Part shown: in pieces, positions 30,190-39,767 of the stretch | How the letters are laid out: every line of letters begins with the position of its first letter | How positions within the stretch are numbered: position 1 is the stretch's first letter | Assembly (NCBI GenBank): GCA_902580215.1 | Contig: CACHJT010000006.1 | Coordinates: 1,223 to 65,222, forward strand | Direction of reading: 5' to 3' | Length of the DNA stretch: 64,000 nucleotides | Origin: an uncultured Candidatus Actinomarina sp. | GTDB taxonomy: Bacteria > Actinomycetota > Acidimicrobiia > Actinomarinales > Actinomarinaceae | Made by a program: the position numbers and the translations under genes | The notes under the pieces: model-generated | Database searches by the model: none | What the model saw: only the letters and a program-made list of their open reading frames with translations | What the model was told of the DNA's origin: nothing

Positions 30190-31349
30190 ATAAATACAGC
30201 AATGAATTAATAAATAATTTTCCTGAATATTTATTTAATGAAATTAATCAAAAAAAGATTGCTGCGCGTCATTCGGGAAAAGACATCATAGATCTGGGAT
30301 ATGGTAATCCTGATTTACCAACGCATGATAAAGTCGTAGAAAAATTGATTGAAACAGCTAAGCTCAAAAAAAATCATAAATATTCTGTATCAAAAGGAAT
30401 ATTTGGTTTAAGAGAAGCTATTGCTATTAAATATGAAAAAAATTATCAAGTTAATCTTGATGCGAATTCTAACGTTGTAAATACTATTGGTAGTAAAGAG
30501 GGGTTAACACACCTCTTAATGTCAGTCTTAAACCCTAGTGACAAGGTTGTAGTTCAAGATCCAAGCTACCCAATTCATCACTTTGCTCCGTTAATTGCAA
30601 GGGCTGAAACAATTAAAGTAAATTGTCTTGAAAAGTCAGCCTTTTTGACAGAATTAAATGACATCCTAAAGAAAACAAAAATTAAATTGTTATTAATATC
30701 TTTTCCTCATAATCCAACAACCCTTACAGTTGACCAAATTTTTTACGACAGTCTTGTTGAATTGGCAGAAAAATATAACTTTTTAATAGTTAATGATTTT
30801 GCTTACTCAGATATATATTTTGAGGGAAATAAACCTCCCTCACTTTTATCATCAGACAAGAATTTACAACATAGCGTTGAGTTATATTCTCTTACTAAGG
30901 GATATTCCATGGCTGGATGGAGAGTAGGATTTGCAGTGGGCAATGCAGATGCAGTTGCAGCAGTTACAAAGTTAAAATCTTACATAGATTATGGAACTTT
31001 TCAACCAATACAAATTGCATCTACCGTAGCTTTAAATGAATTAGACGAATATCCATTTGAATTATCAACTGTTTACAAAGAAAGAAGAGAATTAGTTGTT
31101 GAGCATTTAAAAGATTTAGAATTCATTGTTCAGGAATCTGACGCGACTATGTTTGTCTGGGCAAAACTTCCAGAAAAATTTCATAAAGATTCATTAAAAT
31201 TTTCATTAGACATTTTAGAAAAATCAAATGTAGCACTTTCACCAGGAGTTGGTTTCGGAAAATTTGGTGAGGGCTATATTAGGATTGCTTTAGTAGAAAA
31301 TAAACAAAGAATTAGACAAGCAATGAAAAATATTAAGGCAGCTCTCTAA
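30186..31349 (+). CDS. PLP-dependent class I/II aminotransferase (AlaC/DapL-like)
   Basis: DLGYGNPD, GSKEG, FPHNPT, DFAY, SLTKGYSMAGWRVGF, KSYIDYGTF. Confidence 0.88.
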   Translation: MNKYSNELINNFPEYLFNEINQKKIAARHSGKDIIDLGYGNPDLPTHDKVVEKLIETAKLKKNHKYSVSKGIFGLREAIAIKYEKNYQVNLDANSNVVNTIGSKEGLTHLLMSVLNPSDKVVVQDPSYPIHHFAPLIARAETIKVNCLEKSAFLTELNDILKKTKIKLLLISFPHNPTTLTVDQIFYDSLVELAEKYNFLIVNDFAYSDIYFEGNKPPSLLSSDKNLQHSVELYSLTKGYSMAGWRVGFAVGNADAVAAVTKLKSYIDYGTFQPIQIASTVALNELDEYPFELSTVYKERRELVVEHLKDLEFIVQESDATMFVWAKLPEKFHKDSLKFSLDILEKSNVALSPGVGFGKFGEGYIRIALVENKQRIRQAMKNIKAAL

Positions 31350-32377
31350 TGTATGACTTAAGATCAGATACTGTAACCAAACCATCAAAGAAGGTTTTAG
31401 AGAGTGCTTTAAATGCAGAGCTTGGTGATGATGAGTATATTGAAGATCCTACTGTAAATAATTTAGAGGATGAGTGCGCTAATCTTTTAGGTTTCGAGAA
31501 AGGATTATTTGTTACTTCTGGTCTAATGGGAAATCAGATTTCACTACTAATTCACAATGACCCCGGTACGGAAGTAATTACACCTCATGACTCACACATT
31601 AAAAATTACGAACATGGAGCTGCAGCTTTCTTATCTCGTGTACAATTTCGTGATGCTGAACATACAGATGGAGAGTTGAATTTAGAATATGTAGAAAAAC
31701 TTATATTAAAGTCAAAAGTTCACAAACCAATAATTAAAACTGTTTCGATTGAAAACACTCATCTAGCATCTGGAGGTTCGATTGTACCTTTTGATTCAAT
31801 AGAATCTTTAAGCAAGATTGTGAGGGAACATGGCCTGAAGCTCCATGTAGATGGTGCGAGAATATGGCATGCAATAGAAGAGGATAAAAATAATATGAAT
31901 TACGGGGATTTCTGTGATAGTTTAACATTCTGCTTCTCAAAAGCTCTAGGAGCACCTATCGGATCTATGCTGCTTGGCTCTATGGAATTTATAACGGAGG
32001 CAAGGGAATATAGAAAAAAACTTGGAGGAGGAATGAGACAGGTTGGTGTAATTGCTTCAATGGCAAAAACCGCTTTGCAAGGTAGAGAAAGTATTCTTGA
32101 AGATCATGCAAAAGCAAAAAAAGTTTACGACTTCCTTAATGTAAATCTAAACAACGAAAAAATACAAAGCATTGTTTACAAAGGAACAAATATGATATTT
32201 TTGAATATTAAAAACCAAGAAGATCCGAATAAATTATTAGATATTTTTTATAACGAATCAATTAATGCGGGACTCATTGGAGAGAAATCAATTAGATTAG
32301 TGTTTCATAAAGATATACTACAAAATGACATTGATAAAATTTGTGAGAAATTGGTTCACTCTTCTTCCAAATTTTGA
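31349..32377 (+). CDS. ltaE: Low-specificity L-threonine aldolase
   Basis: DLRSDTVTKP, SGLMGNQ, ENTH, HVDGARIW, CFSKALGAPIGS, GGGMRQVG. Confidence 0.92.
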   Translation: MYDLRSDTVTKPSKKVLESALNAELGDDEYIEDPTVNNLEDECANLLGFEKGLFVTSGLMGNQISLLIHNDPGTEVITPHDSHIKNYEHGAAAFLSRVQFRDAEHTDGELNLEYVEKLILKSKVHKPIIKTVSIENTHLASGGSIVPFDSIESLSKIVREHGLKLHVDGARIWHAIEEDKNNMNYGDFCDSLTFCFSKALGAPIGSMLLGSMEFITEAREYRKKLGGGMRQVGVIASMAKTALQGRESILEDHAKAKKVYDFLNVNLNNEKIQSIVYKGTNMIFLNIKNQEDPNKLLDIFYNESINAGLIGEKSIRLVFHKDILQNDIDKICEKLVHSSSKF

Positions 32378-32595
32378 TTCCATTCTGTTATTGATTTTTC
32401 AGATAAATTAACCAATATAAAAACACCAATTAAATTAAATACATTAATTACACCAACATAAGTTAAAACACTTGTTAAACAACTCCCTTCATCAGAGATA
32501 ATGCAAAATGTATTTCCAAGAAGATAGCCGATATAACTAGATAATAAAATTACGGAAGTGTATATAAAAATCCGAGTCTTGTTGCTAAATCTCAT
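32356..32595 (-). CDS. Small two-TM hypothetical protein
   Basis: 79 aa, two hydrophobic helices; fills the gap between neighbours. Confidence 0.6.
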   Translation of the reverse strand: MRFSNKTRIFIYTSVILLSSYIGYLLGNTFCIISDEGSCLTSVLTYVGVINVFNLIGVFILVNLSEKSITEWNQNLEEE

Positions 32596-32618
32596 AATTA
32601 TATTAACTTTACCTTATT

Positions 32619-32843
32619 ATGAATTTTCCTAACCCTTGGATTACGATTTTAAGTTTTGTATATATTTTTTTCAATGGGTTTATTTCTTTTCAACTTAGCA
32701 GAAAGATAGTTGATATATACTTAGAAAACTTTAATTCAAAATTTTTTAAATCATTAGAACCCATAGTCGGTAGTTTGGGATTCATTGGGTCTTTTGGTGG
32801 AGGACTGCTTATTTTATATTATTTTATTATAAGCATTACATAA
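32619..32843 (+). CDS. Small two-TM hypothetical protein
   Basis: 74 aa, two hydrophobic helices, Gly-rich second helix. Confidence 0.55.
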   Translation: MNFPNPWITILSFVYIFFNGFISFQLSRKIVDIYLENFNSKFFKSLEPIVGSLGFIGSFGGGLLILYYFIISIT

Positions 32844-32862
32844 TATACTAACATCGACATAC

Positions 32863-33405
32863 CTAGTATGTAGTAATTAATTTATTTTCTATAGATTGTA
32901 ATTCACAATGAACAGGTCTTTTTTTTGTAAAATCTTTTTCTTCTAAGTAATAATAAGTAAAAGCTCGTATGGTGTCTTGATGAGAAACAAATAGAGTATT
33001 TTCATATTTCTCATAATCTAATTTAAATCTATCATGAACGTTTTTTAAGCTTTCTAATGTATTTTTTAAATTTAAAGGATTGTTGTTGTAATTATTAAAA
33101 CTATCTGTAAGTTTTATCTCTTCTATTGTTTTACCAATCCATTCATATGGTCCGGACCATTCAATAATATTGTAAGACACATCTATATCTGTCTTAAGTT
33201 CTTCATTTACTATACTGGCTGTCTGTCTGGCTCTTAAAAGGGGGGATGTGATAATTTTTTCAATATTGAATAACTTTTTAATTTTTTTTGCTGCATCTTT
33301 GGCTTGCTTCTCACCCTTACTGCTTAGATAAAATCCTGGAAGGTTTGCATAAAATACATCTTTTTCATTTTGAACCTCACCATGTCTAAGAAATAAATTA
33401 CCCAT
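32863..33405 (-). CDS. Histidine phosphatase superfamily protein
   Basis: LRHG, SPLLRARQTA, VSHQ. Confidence 0.85.
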   Translation of the reverse strand: MGNLFLRHGEVQNEKDVFYANLPGFYLSSKGEKQAKDAAKKIKKLFNIEKIITSPLLRARQTASIVNEELKTDIDVSYNIIEWSGPYEWIGKTIEEIKLTDSFNNYNNNPLNLKNTLESLKNVHDRFKLDYEKYENTLFVSHQDTIRAFTYYYLEEKDFTKKRPVHCELQSIENKLITTY

Positions 33406-33443
33406 TAATTTAGACTAACTCATTTTTATATTAAGATTTAAAT

Positions 33444-33791
33444 ATGGGTTTGAATAAAGAAGAAGAAGAAATTTTAAAACAAATTGAACAAGAGTTAATG
33501 AAGGACGATCCTGGTTTAGCAAAAACAGTTGAAGACTCTACTCTTTCTAAATTTACAAGAAACAGAGCAGTTATTTCTTTTTTTGTGTTTGTTTTAGGAC
33601 TATTGACAATGTTTAGTACTTATATAATTCAACCCGCAATAGCTATATTTGGATTTTCTGTAATGGCAGTTGCTGGATATGTATTTGTTGCAAATACAAG
33701 ATCACTTTTAAAAGCTGAAAACGTAAAAGAGTGGAACATAAAACAAGTAATTAAAATTTTAAGAAACAAAGATAGCTCTAGACAAAAATAA
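33444..33791 (+). CDS. DUF3040 domain protein
   Basis: EEEILKQIEQEL.KDDPGLA followed by two TMs; typical actinobacterial position upstream of mraZ. Confidence 0.8.
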   Translation: MGLNKEEEEILKQIEQELMKDDPGLAKTVEDSTLSKFTRNRAVISFFVFVLGLLTMFSTYIIQPAIAIFGFSVMAVAGYVFVANTRSLLKAENVKEWNIKQVIKILRNKDSSRQK

Positions 33792-33838
33792 AAAATTTAA
33801 TTAAATTAAATATACATCATTTTTTTTAGGAGTAAGGT

Positions 33839-34330
33839 TTGAAGAAAAATGCTTTTACATCGAAGCAAGCATGCTATCTTTCTGGATGCACATCTCATCA
33901 ATTAAGATACTGGGACAAAGTAAATTTAGTATCTCCATCAGTACAATCTTCTGATGGAAAACCTGGAGTTCCTAAATTTTATTCGTTTAGAGACATTGTT
34001 GCTTTGAGGGTTATAAAGACATTACTTGATAATGGTATGAGTATTCAAAGAGTTAGAAGGGCTTGGAAATATTTAACTAAAAATGGTGACCTTACAAAAC
34101 ATTTATCAGAAGTAAAACTTAAGTCTGATGGTCAGACAATTTACTCTGTTGAAGACAATGAAGTTTTTGACGCTTTGAAAAATGGACAACTTACATTTTT
34201 TGAAACAATTGATACTGTAACTCAAGAAGTTAAAGAAGATGTTTCCAAATTTGAGTTAGATAAAGAAAGATTTTTAAATTTATTGACTAAAGTGGAAGAT
34301 GATGTACTTAGTCAAGAACTTCAAGCATAG
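33839..34330 (+). CDS. MerR-family HTH regulator, Rv1830/McdR-like
   Basis: AC.LSGCTSHQLRYW, YSFRDIVAL, LLDNG.S, SDGQTIY, GQ..F; AGGAG SD before a TTG start. Confidence 0.8.
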   Translation: MKKNAFTSKQACYLSGCTSHQLRYWDKVNLVSPSVQSSDGKPGVPKFYSFRDIVALRVIKTLLDNGMSIQRVRRAWKYLTKNGDLTKHLSEVKLKSDGQTIYSVEDNEVFDALKNGQLTFFETIDTVTQEVKEDVSKFELDKERFLNLLTKVEDDVLSQELQA

Positions 34331-34354
34331 AAATCAAAACAGCTTAGATTTACC

Positions 34355-34864
34355 ATGAACCTATCAAGTCATAGGACGTTAATTTTAAATTCTACATTCC
34401 AACCTCTTTCTGTTGTTTCGTTTAAAAGGGCAATTTCGTTAATGCATAATAAGAAAATAAATGCTATAAAAAATTCTGAAATTATTTTACATTCTGAAAA
34501 AGAAGAATTTTTTGTTCCAAAAGTTGGAATTTTAACTTATTTTGTAAAAGCTCCTTTTGCTAGGAGAGTAGCTCTAAATCGTGAAAATATATTTATTAGA
34601 GATTTTTTTACATGTCAATATTGTGGTAAATCTGCAGAGTCGGTTGATCATATTATTCCTCGTTCCAAAGGTGGTCTACATGAGTGGTCAAATGTTGTTG
34701 CATGTTGCAAAAAGTGTAATTTAATAAAAGCCGATAAGCTTCTACATCAAACACATTTAAATCTTAAAAATCCTCCATCTAATCCAAAAGACAATTTTTG
34801 GATTAAGACTATTGTTGGTAGCAATCCAGATCCTTCTTGGGAAGAATACCTTATTTCAGCATAA
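34355..34864 (+). CDS. HNH endonuclease (HNH_5/McrA-like)
   Basis: LILNSTFQPL, RD.FTCQYCG, VDHIIPRSKGG..EWSNVVACCKKCN. Confidence 0.88.
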   Translation: MNLSSHRTLILNSTFQPLSVVSFKRAISLMHNKKINAIKNSEIILHSEKEEFFVPKVGILTYFVKAPFARRVALNRENIFIRDFFTCQYCGKSAESVDHIIPRSKGGLHEWSNVVACCKKCNLIKADKLLHQTHLNLKNPPSNPKDNFWIKTIVGSNPDPSWEEYLISA

Positions 34865-34880
34865 AAAATTTTTTTCAAAA

Positions 34881-34925
34881 AGTGTTGCAGAGTGTCATAA
34901 AGTGTCATATAATGTGTAAAAGTGG
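34881..34925 (+). promoter_or_regulatory. dcw promoter (TTGCAG-17-TATAAT) overlapped by five 10-bp-phased repeats (putative MraZ boxes)
   Basis: AGTGT at 34881, 34891, 34901; AATGT at 34911; AGTGG at 34921; -35 at 34885-34890; -10 at 34908-34913. Confidence 0.8.
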
Positions 34926-34949
34926 TTCAAGGCACGAAAGGCGGATAAA

Positions 34950-35375
34950 GTGTTCCTTGGTGAGTTTCAACATACAATGGACTCTAAAGGTAGAGTAGTT
35001 ATACCTTCAAAGTTCAGAGAAGAGCTTCAACAGGGCTGTGTAATCACCAAGGGACAAGATAATTGTCTTCAAATATTAACAAAAGACAATTGGGAAAATG
35101 AAGCCTCAAAAATGGCGTCGCTCCCTTCTACAGATCGAACATCTAGACAATTAAGAAGAGCTTTGTTTAGTGGCGCTGTAGATGTAAAAATTGATTCTGC
35201 TGGAAGAGTGCAGGTACCTGAAAATCTACGTGCATATAGCGGTATAGACATCAACGAAGAAGTGACCGTTACTGGATCAGGCCCAGTAGTTGAAGTTTGG
35301 TCAACAAGAAGTTGGAAGAAAATCCAAAATGAAGCAGACCAAGCATTTGCAAATATTAATGAAGTGAAAGGATAG
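34950..35375 (+). CDS. mraZ: Division/cell wall cluster repressor MraZ
   Basis: FLGEFQHTMDSKGRVVIP, IDSAGRVQVP, VEVW. Confidence 0.96.
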   Translation: MFLGEFQHTMDSKGRVVIPSKFREELQQGCVITKGQDNCLQILTKDNWENEASKMASLPSTDRTSRQLRRALFSGAVDVKIDSAGRVQVPENLRAYSGIDINEEVTVTGSGPVVEVWSTRSWKKIQNEADQAFANINEVKG

Positions 35376-35376
35376 G

Positions 35377-35467
35377 TTCATAGCCAGCTCTCTAGACAAC
35401 TAAATTGGAACACCCTTACTCCGCCCAACTTTCCAATTGGTGCCAGTTCTAGAGAGCTGGGTATGAA
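35377..35467 (+). promoter_or_regulatory. Long RNA hairpin between mraZ and rsmH (mraW RNA motif-like)
   Basis: CCAGCTCTCTAGA(35384-96) pairs TCTAGAGAGCTGG(35448-60); AATTGGAA pairs TTCCAATT; C-rich loop; TTCATA pairs TATGAA over the rsmH ATG. Confidence 0.75.
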
Positions 35468-36383
35468 TACAAACAGGGCAGAGTATTTGACACACGATGG
35501 GGTAATGACTTCAGAAATATCTGATTTGCTCATTGATGTACCAGATGGAATATTTATAGATGCAACATATGGATACGGATCCCATTTTAAGTACTTCCAA
35601 AAAAATCATAATAATCTAGATTTTTTAGCACTGGATCGAGATTTAGAAGCGGTTAACAATTCTCCAGACTCACATGATGTTCAACATTACAGTTTTTCGA
35701 AAATTAAAAAATATTTAGAAAATAATAATATTGAGTCAATAAGTGGTGTTTTTTACGACTTTGGACTTTCATCACATCAAATTGACTCTCCGCATCGTGG
35801 GTTTTCATTCCAACATGATTCAATTCTTGATATGAGAATGGATGTTTCTCAAGAGCTATCTGCTAAAGAAGTTATAAACGATTATGGATATGAAGAATTA
35901 TTAAAAATATTTTATGAATATGGAGAAGAGAGTAATTCAAAAAAAATAGCTGAAACAATTATTAATAATAGACCTATTCAAACAACAAACGAGTTAGTAA
36001 GTGTTGTTGAATCATCCCTGCCGCGCCAAAATCCAAAATTTACTAAAAGCACTGTAAGAAAAATATTTCAAGCTGTAAGGATTGAAGTAAATAATGAAAT
36101 TAGTGAAATAATTGAATCTTTAGAAACTGCAAAAAATTTTATTAAATCAAATGGCATTATGATTTTTCTTTCGTATCACTCAATTGAAGATCGAACAGTA
36201 AAGCAATTTGTAGACAAAGAAACAAAAGGGTGTATATGCGATCCTAAACTCGCAATATGTATCTGTGAAAATGTCCCACTATTCAAACTAGGAAAATATA
36301 AAAAAAGAACGCCTTCAGATAATGAAATTAAAAAAAACCCTAGATCAAAATCTGCGGTTCTTAGATTCATGGTGAAAATATGA
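35463..36383 (+). CDS. rsmH: 16S rRNA m4C1402 methyltransferase
   Basis: DATYGYGSH, DFGLSSHQID, LDMRMD, FQAVRIEVN, SYHSIEDR, NPRSKSAVLR. Confidence 0.95.
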   Translation: MNTNRAEYLTHDGVMTSEISDLLIDVPDGIFIDATYGYGSHFKYFQKNHNNLDFLALDRDLEAVNNSPDSHDVQHYSFSKIKKYLENNNIESISGVFYDFGLSSHQIDSPHRGFSFQHDSILDMRMDVSQELSAKEVINDYGYEELLKIFYEYGEESNSKKIAETIINNRPIQTTNELVSVVESSLPRQNPKFTKSTVRKIFQAVRIEVNNEISEIIESLETAKNFIKSNGIMIFLSYHSIEDRTVKQFVDKETKGCICDPKLAICICENVPLFKLGKYKKRTPSDNEIKKNPRSKSAVLRFMVKI

Positions 36384-36703
36384 AGCTTAAAAATTTTCTA
36401 TTAATAATTGTAATTTCAATTTTCTCTTCACTTATTTGGAATTTGTATACAAACATAAAAATAAATGAATTGTCAACCAACTTGTCAATAGTAAATCAAG
36501 ACATTATTGAATTGGAAATTCTTAAAGACCAAACGTTTAATTTATATCAAGAGAAATATTCTATTGAAAATATTGAAAAAATTTCAGACTCACTAAATTT
36601 TAAAAAACTCGATATTTACATTGTTAACAAGGATCTTTCATCACCTTACAAAATTGATTCAGAGTTAGTTGAAATTGAAATTCTTGGGACTTTAGGAAAA
36701 TGA
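36380..36703 (+). CDS. ftsL: Cell division protein FtsL-like
   Basis: One TM plus coiled coil; lies between rsmH and ftsI. Confidence 0.6.
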   Translation: MKLKNFLLIIVISIFSSLIWNLYTNIKINELSTNLSIVNQDIIELEILKDQTFNLYQEKYSIENIEKISDSLNFKKLDIYIVNKDLSSPYKIDSELVEIEILGTLGK

Positions 36704-38370
36704 ATTACAACCAAATTAAGAACTGGAGTTTATTTATTGTTATTTTCAGCAGTTTTACAATTTTTAGTGGTTTATTTCTAAAAAATGTTTACGATTTACA
36801 ATTTACAAACTCCGAATATTTTCAAGAGCAAGCATTGTCTTACCGTATAAAGTCAGAAACTCTTAAAGCTAAGAGGGGGAGTATATATGATAAAAATCTT
36901 CAACCAATAGCAACAAGCACACAATCATTCAACATTGGAATATATCCAGATAAAATAGAAAACATCAAAGAGGTTTCCACACTTTTGTCTCCATTGCTTG
37001 AAAAAGATAGCACTGAAATTGCTAATAAAATACTGAATTCCTCTAGGTTTTTTTATCTTGATAGAAATATTGAATATAAAAAAGGTGAGGAAATAAAAAG
37101 TTGGAGTTTAGATGGTGTAATGGTAGAACCATCAAGTAGAAGGATTATCCATACTCCATCCATAAGAAAAATTATTGGATTTGTTGATACAGACAATTAT
37201 GGGATTGAGGGTTTAGAGCTTTATTTTAATAGCACACTAGAAGGTACTGATGGAAAAATTAGTTATGAAGCAGCGCCAAATGGAAGCATTATTCCACAAG
37301 CAAATATTCAAACTACTCAACCAATTCATGGTGAAGACCTGATATTAACTCTTGACTCTGAACTTCAATATTTAGCTACAAACTTATGTAAAGAAGCACT
37401 AATAAACACAGAAGCGTTCAATTGTTCGGTTGTTTTTGCAAATGCTAATACTGGAGAAGTATTAATTTCTGCTGAAGAGAAAGGAGATAAAGAATCAATA
37501 AATATTGACTTAATTAGCACAAGGGCACAATATGAACCAGGATCATCATTAAAAATATTTTCTATAGGACTGGCTTTAGAACAAGGTTTATTAGACGAAA
37601 AAACAGAATACTATGTTGAAGACACTATTGAGTTAATTGAAAACTCATGTCAAGAAGATTTCAAAGGTTATAAAGGGTGCTATAAAGACTTTCTTAAACA
37701 TGAACCCTACAACCTTTCAGTAAAAGAAATAATTGAAAGATCTTCAAATGTTGGAACAATTATTGCCACAAAAGATTTAAATATTAATGACTTAGAAGGG
37801 TTTCTTTCAAAATTTGGATTTTCAAAAAGAACTGGGATAGAGCTGTCTGGTGAGTCTAAAGGAAGTTTTGATCCAAATAAAACATGTACAACATGCCTTA
37901 GTTCATTGTCTATAGGATATTCAATAAATGTTACTCAAATGCAAATGGTAAAAGCCTACAGCATTATTGCAAATGGCGGTAAAAATGTTGATTTAACATT
38001 AATTAAAACTCCGTATTCTAATTATTCGCCAAACCAAGTAATTGACTCTAACTCATCAGAGAGATTAAAAAATTTACTAATAAATGTAGTAGAAGGAGAA
38101 AATGGAACTGGACGCTCAATCTTTATGGAAAATTATACAATTGGTGGTAAAACTGGAACAAGCAGATCACATATAGAGGGAGTGGGATATTCAGATTATA
38201 GATTCAATACTTCTTTTACAGGTTTTATAGAAACAAATGAAGGACCAATTGTTGGATCTGTTATCTTATGGGGAGCTTCGGTTTCTCCTTATACTGAATA
38301 TGTAACTGGTGGATCAACAGCCGCTCCAATATTCAAAAAAATTGTAAGCTATTTAGTACCAGGAGAATAA
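36700..38370 (+). CDS. ftsI: Class B penicillin-binding protein (FtsI)
   Basis: KRGSIYD, EPGSSLK (SxxK), SSNVG (SxN), GKTGT. Confidence 0.92.
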   Translation: MNYNQIKNWSLFIVIFSSFTIFSGLFLKNVYDLQFTNSEYFQEQALSYRIKSETLKAKRGSIYDKNLQPIATSTQSFNIGIYPDKIENIKEVSTLLSPLLEKDSTEIANKILNSSRFFYLDRNIEYKKGEEIKSWSLDGVMVEPSSRRIIHTPSIRKIIGFVDTDNYGIEGLELYFNSTLEGTDGKISYEAAPNGSIIPQANIQTTQPIHGEDLILTLDSELQYLATNLCKEALINTEAFNCSVVFANANTGEVLISAEEKGDKESINIDLISTRAQYEPGSSLKIFSIGLALEQGLLDEKTEYYVEDTIELIENSCQEDFKGYKGCYKDFLKHEPYNLSVKEIIERSSNVGTIIATKDLNINDLEGFLSKFGFSKRTGIELSGESKGSFDPNKTCTTCLSSLSIGYSINVTQMQMVKAYSIIANGGKNVDLTLIKTPYSNYSPNQVIDSNSSERLKNLLINVVEGENGTGRSIFMENYTIGGKTGTSRSHIEGVGYSDYRFNTSFTGFIETNEGPIVGSVILWGASVSPYTEYVTGGSTAAPIFKKIVSYLVPGE

Positions 38371-38372
38371 AT

Positions 38373-39767
38373 TTGAAAAATCTAAATTTAGATTACTTAA
38401 AAGGTTTGGATATAGATTATTCAAAAGTTGTAAACCATACATTTGATGTAGTTGAAGGCTCTATATTGTGCATAAATCATGACGATAATAATAAATTAAA
38501 TGAATATATTTCTTCATCTTTAAATGAAAATCCGAAGTTTGTAATTACAAGTAATAAGTGCGATATTCAAGACGAAAAAGTTTTAATATTTGAAGATTAT
38601 GAGAATGTATTTAATTATATTCTTGAAAGGATAAGTCCAAATTATAAAAGACTTAATTATTTTGGAATAACTGGAACTAATGGAAAAACCACAACAGCTT
38701 TTTATTTGAATCAACTTATTGGTTCAGATAATTTATTCATTGGAACTATTGATGAGAAAGAAAAATATTCATTCACTAATGAGAAAATTCTTACTACCCC
38801 AAAATTATTTAATGTTGTAAAATTAATCTCGCTTCAACAGGAGAATATTAGTTCAGTGTCGCTTGAAGTTTCTTCGCATGCTCTTGATCAAAACAGACTA
38901 GGGGATTTAAAATTTCTTGTATCTGGGTTTACTAATTTGAGCCAAGATCATTTAGATTATCATGGTTCAATTGAAAATTATTTGAACTCTAAAGCAAAAT
39001 TATTTCAACAAGGAGTGTCTGAAAAATTTGTATACATTGATTCTCCGGAAAGCACTCAAATTGTAAGCGCTTCGAATATCGAATCATTTAGCATTGGTAC
39101 AAATGATTACAATGATGTTAGATATAAAGAAATAGATGAACAAATATTAAAATTCACAATAGACAGTAATCGAGTTGAGTGTCAGATTAATTTATCAGGC
39201 CCAAAATTTATTGAAAATTTTTTATTAGCTTTTTCTATGGCTTATTACTCGAATTTATTTGAACTGGAAGATTTGATACATAAAAGTCAATATGTTGTAA
39301 ATCCACCTGGAAGGTTTGAAACAATAAATCGAAACAATAAAACTGTAATAATAGATTATGCACATACTCCTGGTGCGATAAAAGAGGCAATTAAATACGC
39401 TCAAATCAAGTATGAAAAAGTAAATGTAATATTAGGTGCTGGAGGTGATAGAGACAAAGGCAAGAGGATGAAAATGGGAGAAGCTTCCTCAAATGCTGAC
39501 TACGTTATCATCACAAATGATAATCCCAGAAATGAAGACCCTTTAGAAATATCTAAAAATATACTTGAAGGTATTCCACTAAATAAAAGTTCAGATGTAA
39601 TCCTAGATAGAAAAGAAGCAATACATAAAGGAGTACAATTATTAAAAGAGAATGAAGTTTTATTAGTATTAGGTAAAGGACATGAGAAATATCAGGAAAT
39701 CGATAATAAATTCATACCTTTTGACGACGTTCAAATTACTAAAGAAATTATGGAGTTAGAAAATTGA
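38373..39767 (+). CDS. murE: UDP-MurNAc-Ala-Glu:meso-DAP ligase
   Basis: TGTNGKTT, EVSSHAL, TNLSQDHLDYH, DYAHTP, DNPR (DAP specificity), GKGHE. Confidence 0.93.
   Translation: MKNLNLDYLKGLDIDYSKVVNHTFDVVEGSILCINHDDNNKLNEYISSSLNENPKFVITSNKCDIQDEKVLIFEDYENVFNYILERISPNYKRLNYFGITGTNGKTTTAFYLNQLIGSDNLFIGTIDEKEKYSFTNEKILTTPKLFNVVKLISLQQENISSVSLEVSSHALDQNRLGDLKFLVSGFTNLSQDHLDYHGSIENYLNSKAKLFQQGVSEKFVYIDSPESTQIVSASNIESFSIGTNDYNDVRYKEIDEQILKFTIDSNRVECQINLSGPKFIENFLLAFSMAYYSNLFELEDLIHKSQYVVNPPGRFETINRNNKTVIIDYAHTPGAIKEAIKYAQIKYEKVNVILGAGGDRDKGKRMKMGEASSNADYVIITNDNPRNEDPLEISKNILEGIPLNKSSDVILDRKEAIHKGVQLLKENEVLLVLGKGHEKYQEIDNKFIPFDDVQITKEIMELEN

Noticed and set aside
33794-33807. 14-bp perfect palindrome AATTTAATTAAATT upstream of the MerR gene
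   Set aside because: It is pure A/T in a very AT-rich spacer, so chance occurrence is likely; I could not tie it to a known operator.
34355-34864. HNH gene as a homing endonuclease or restriction/defence system
   Set aside because: No intron, intein, methylase or other defence gene is nearby; it resembles the housekeeping actinobacterial HNH family.
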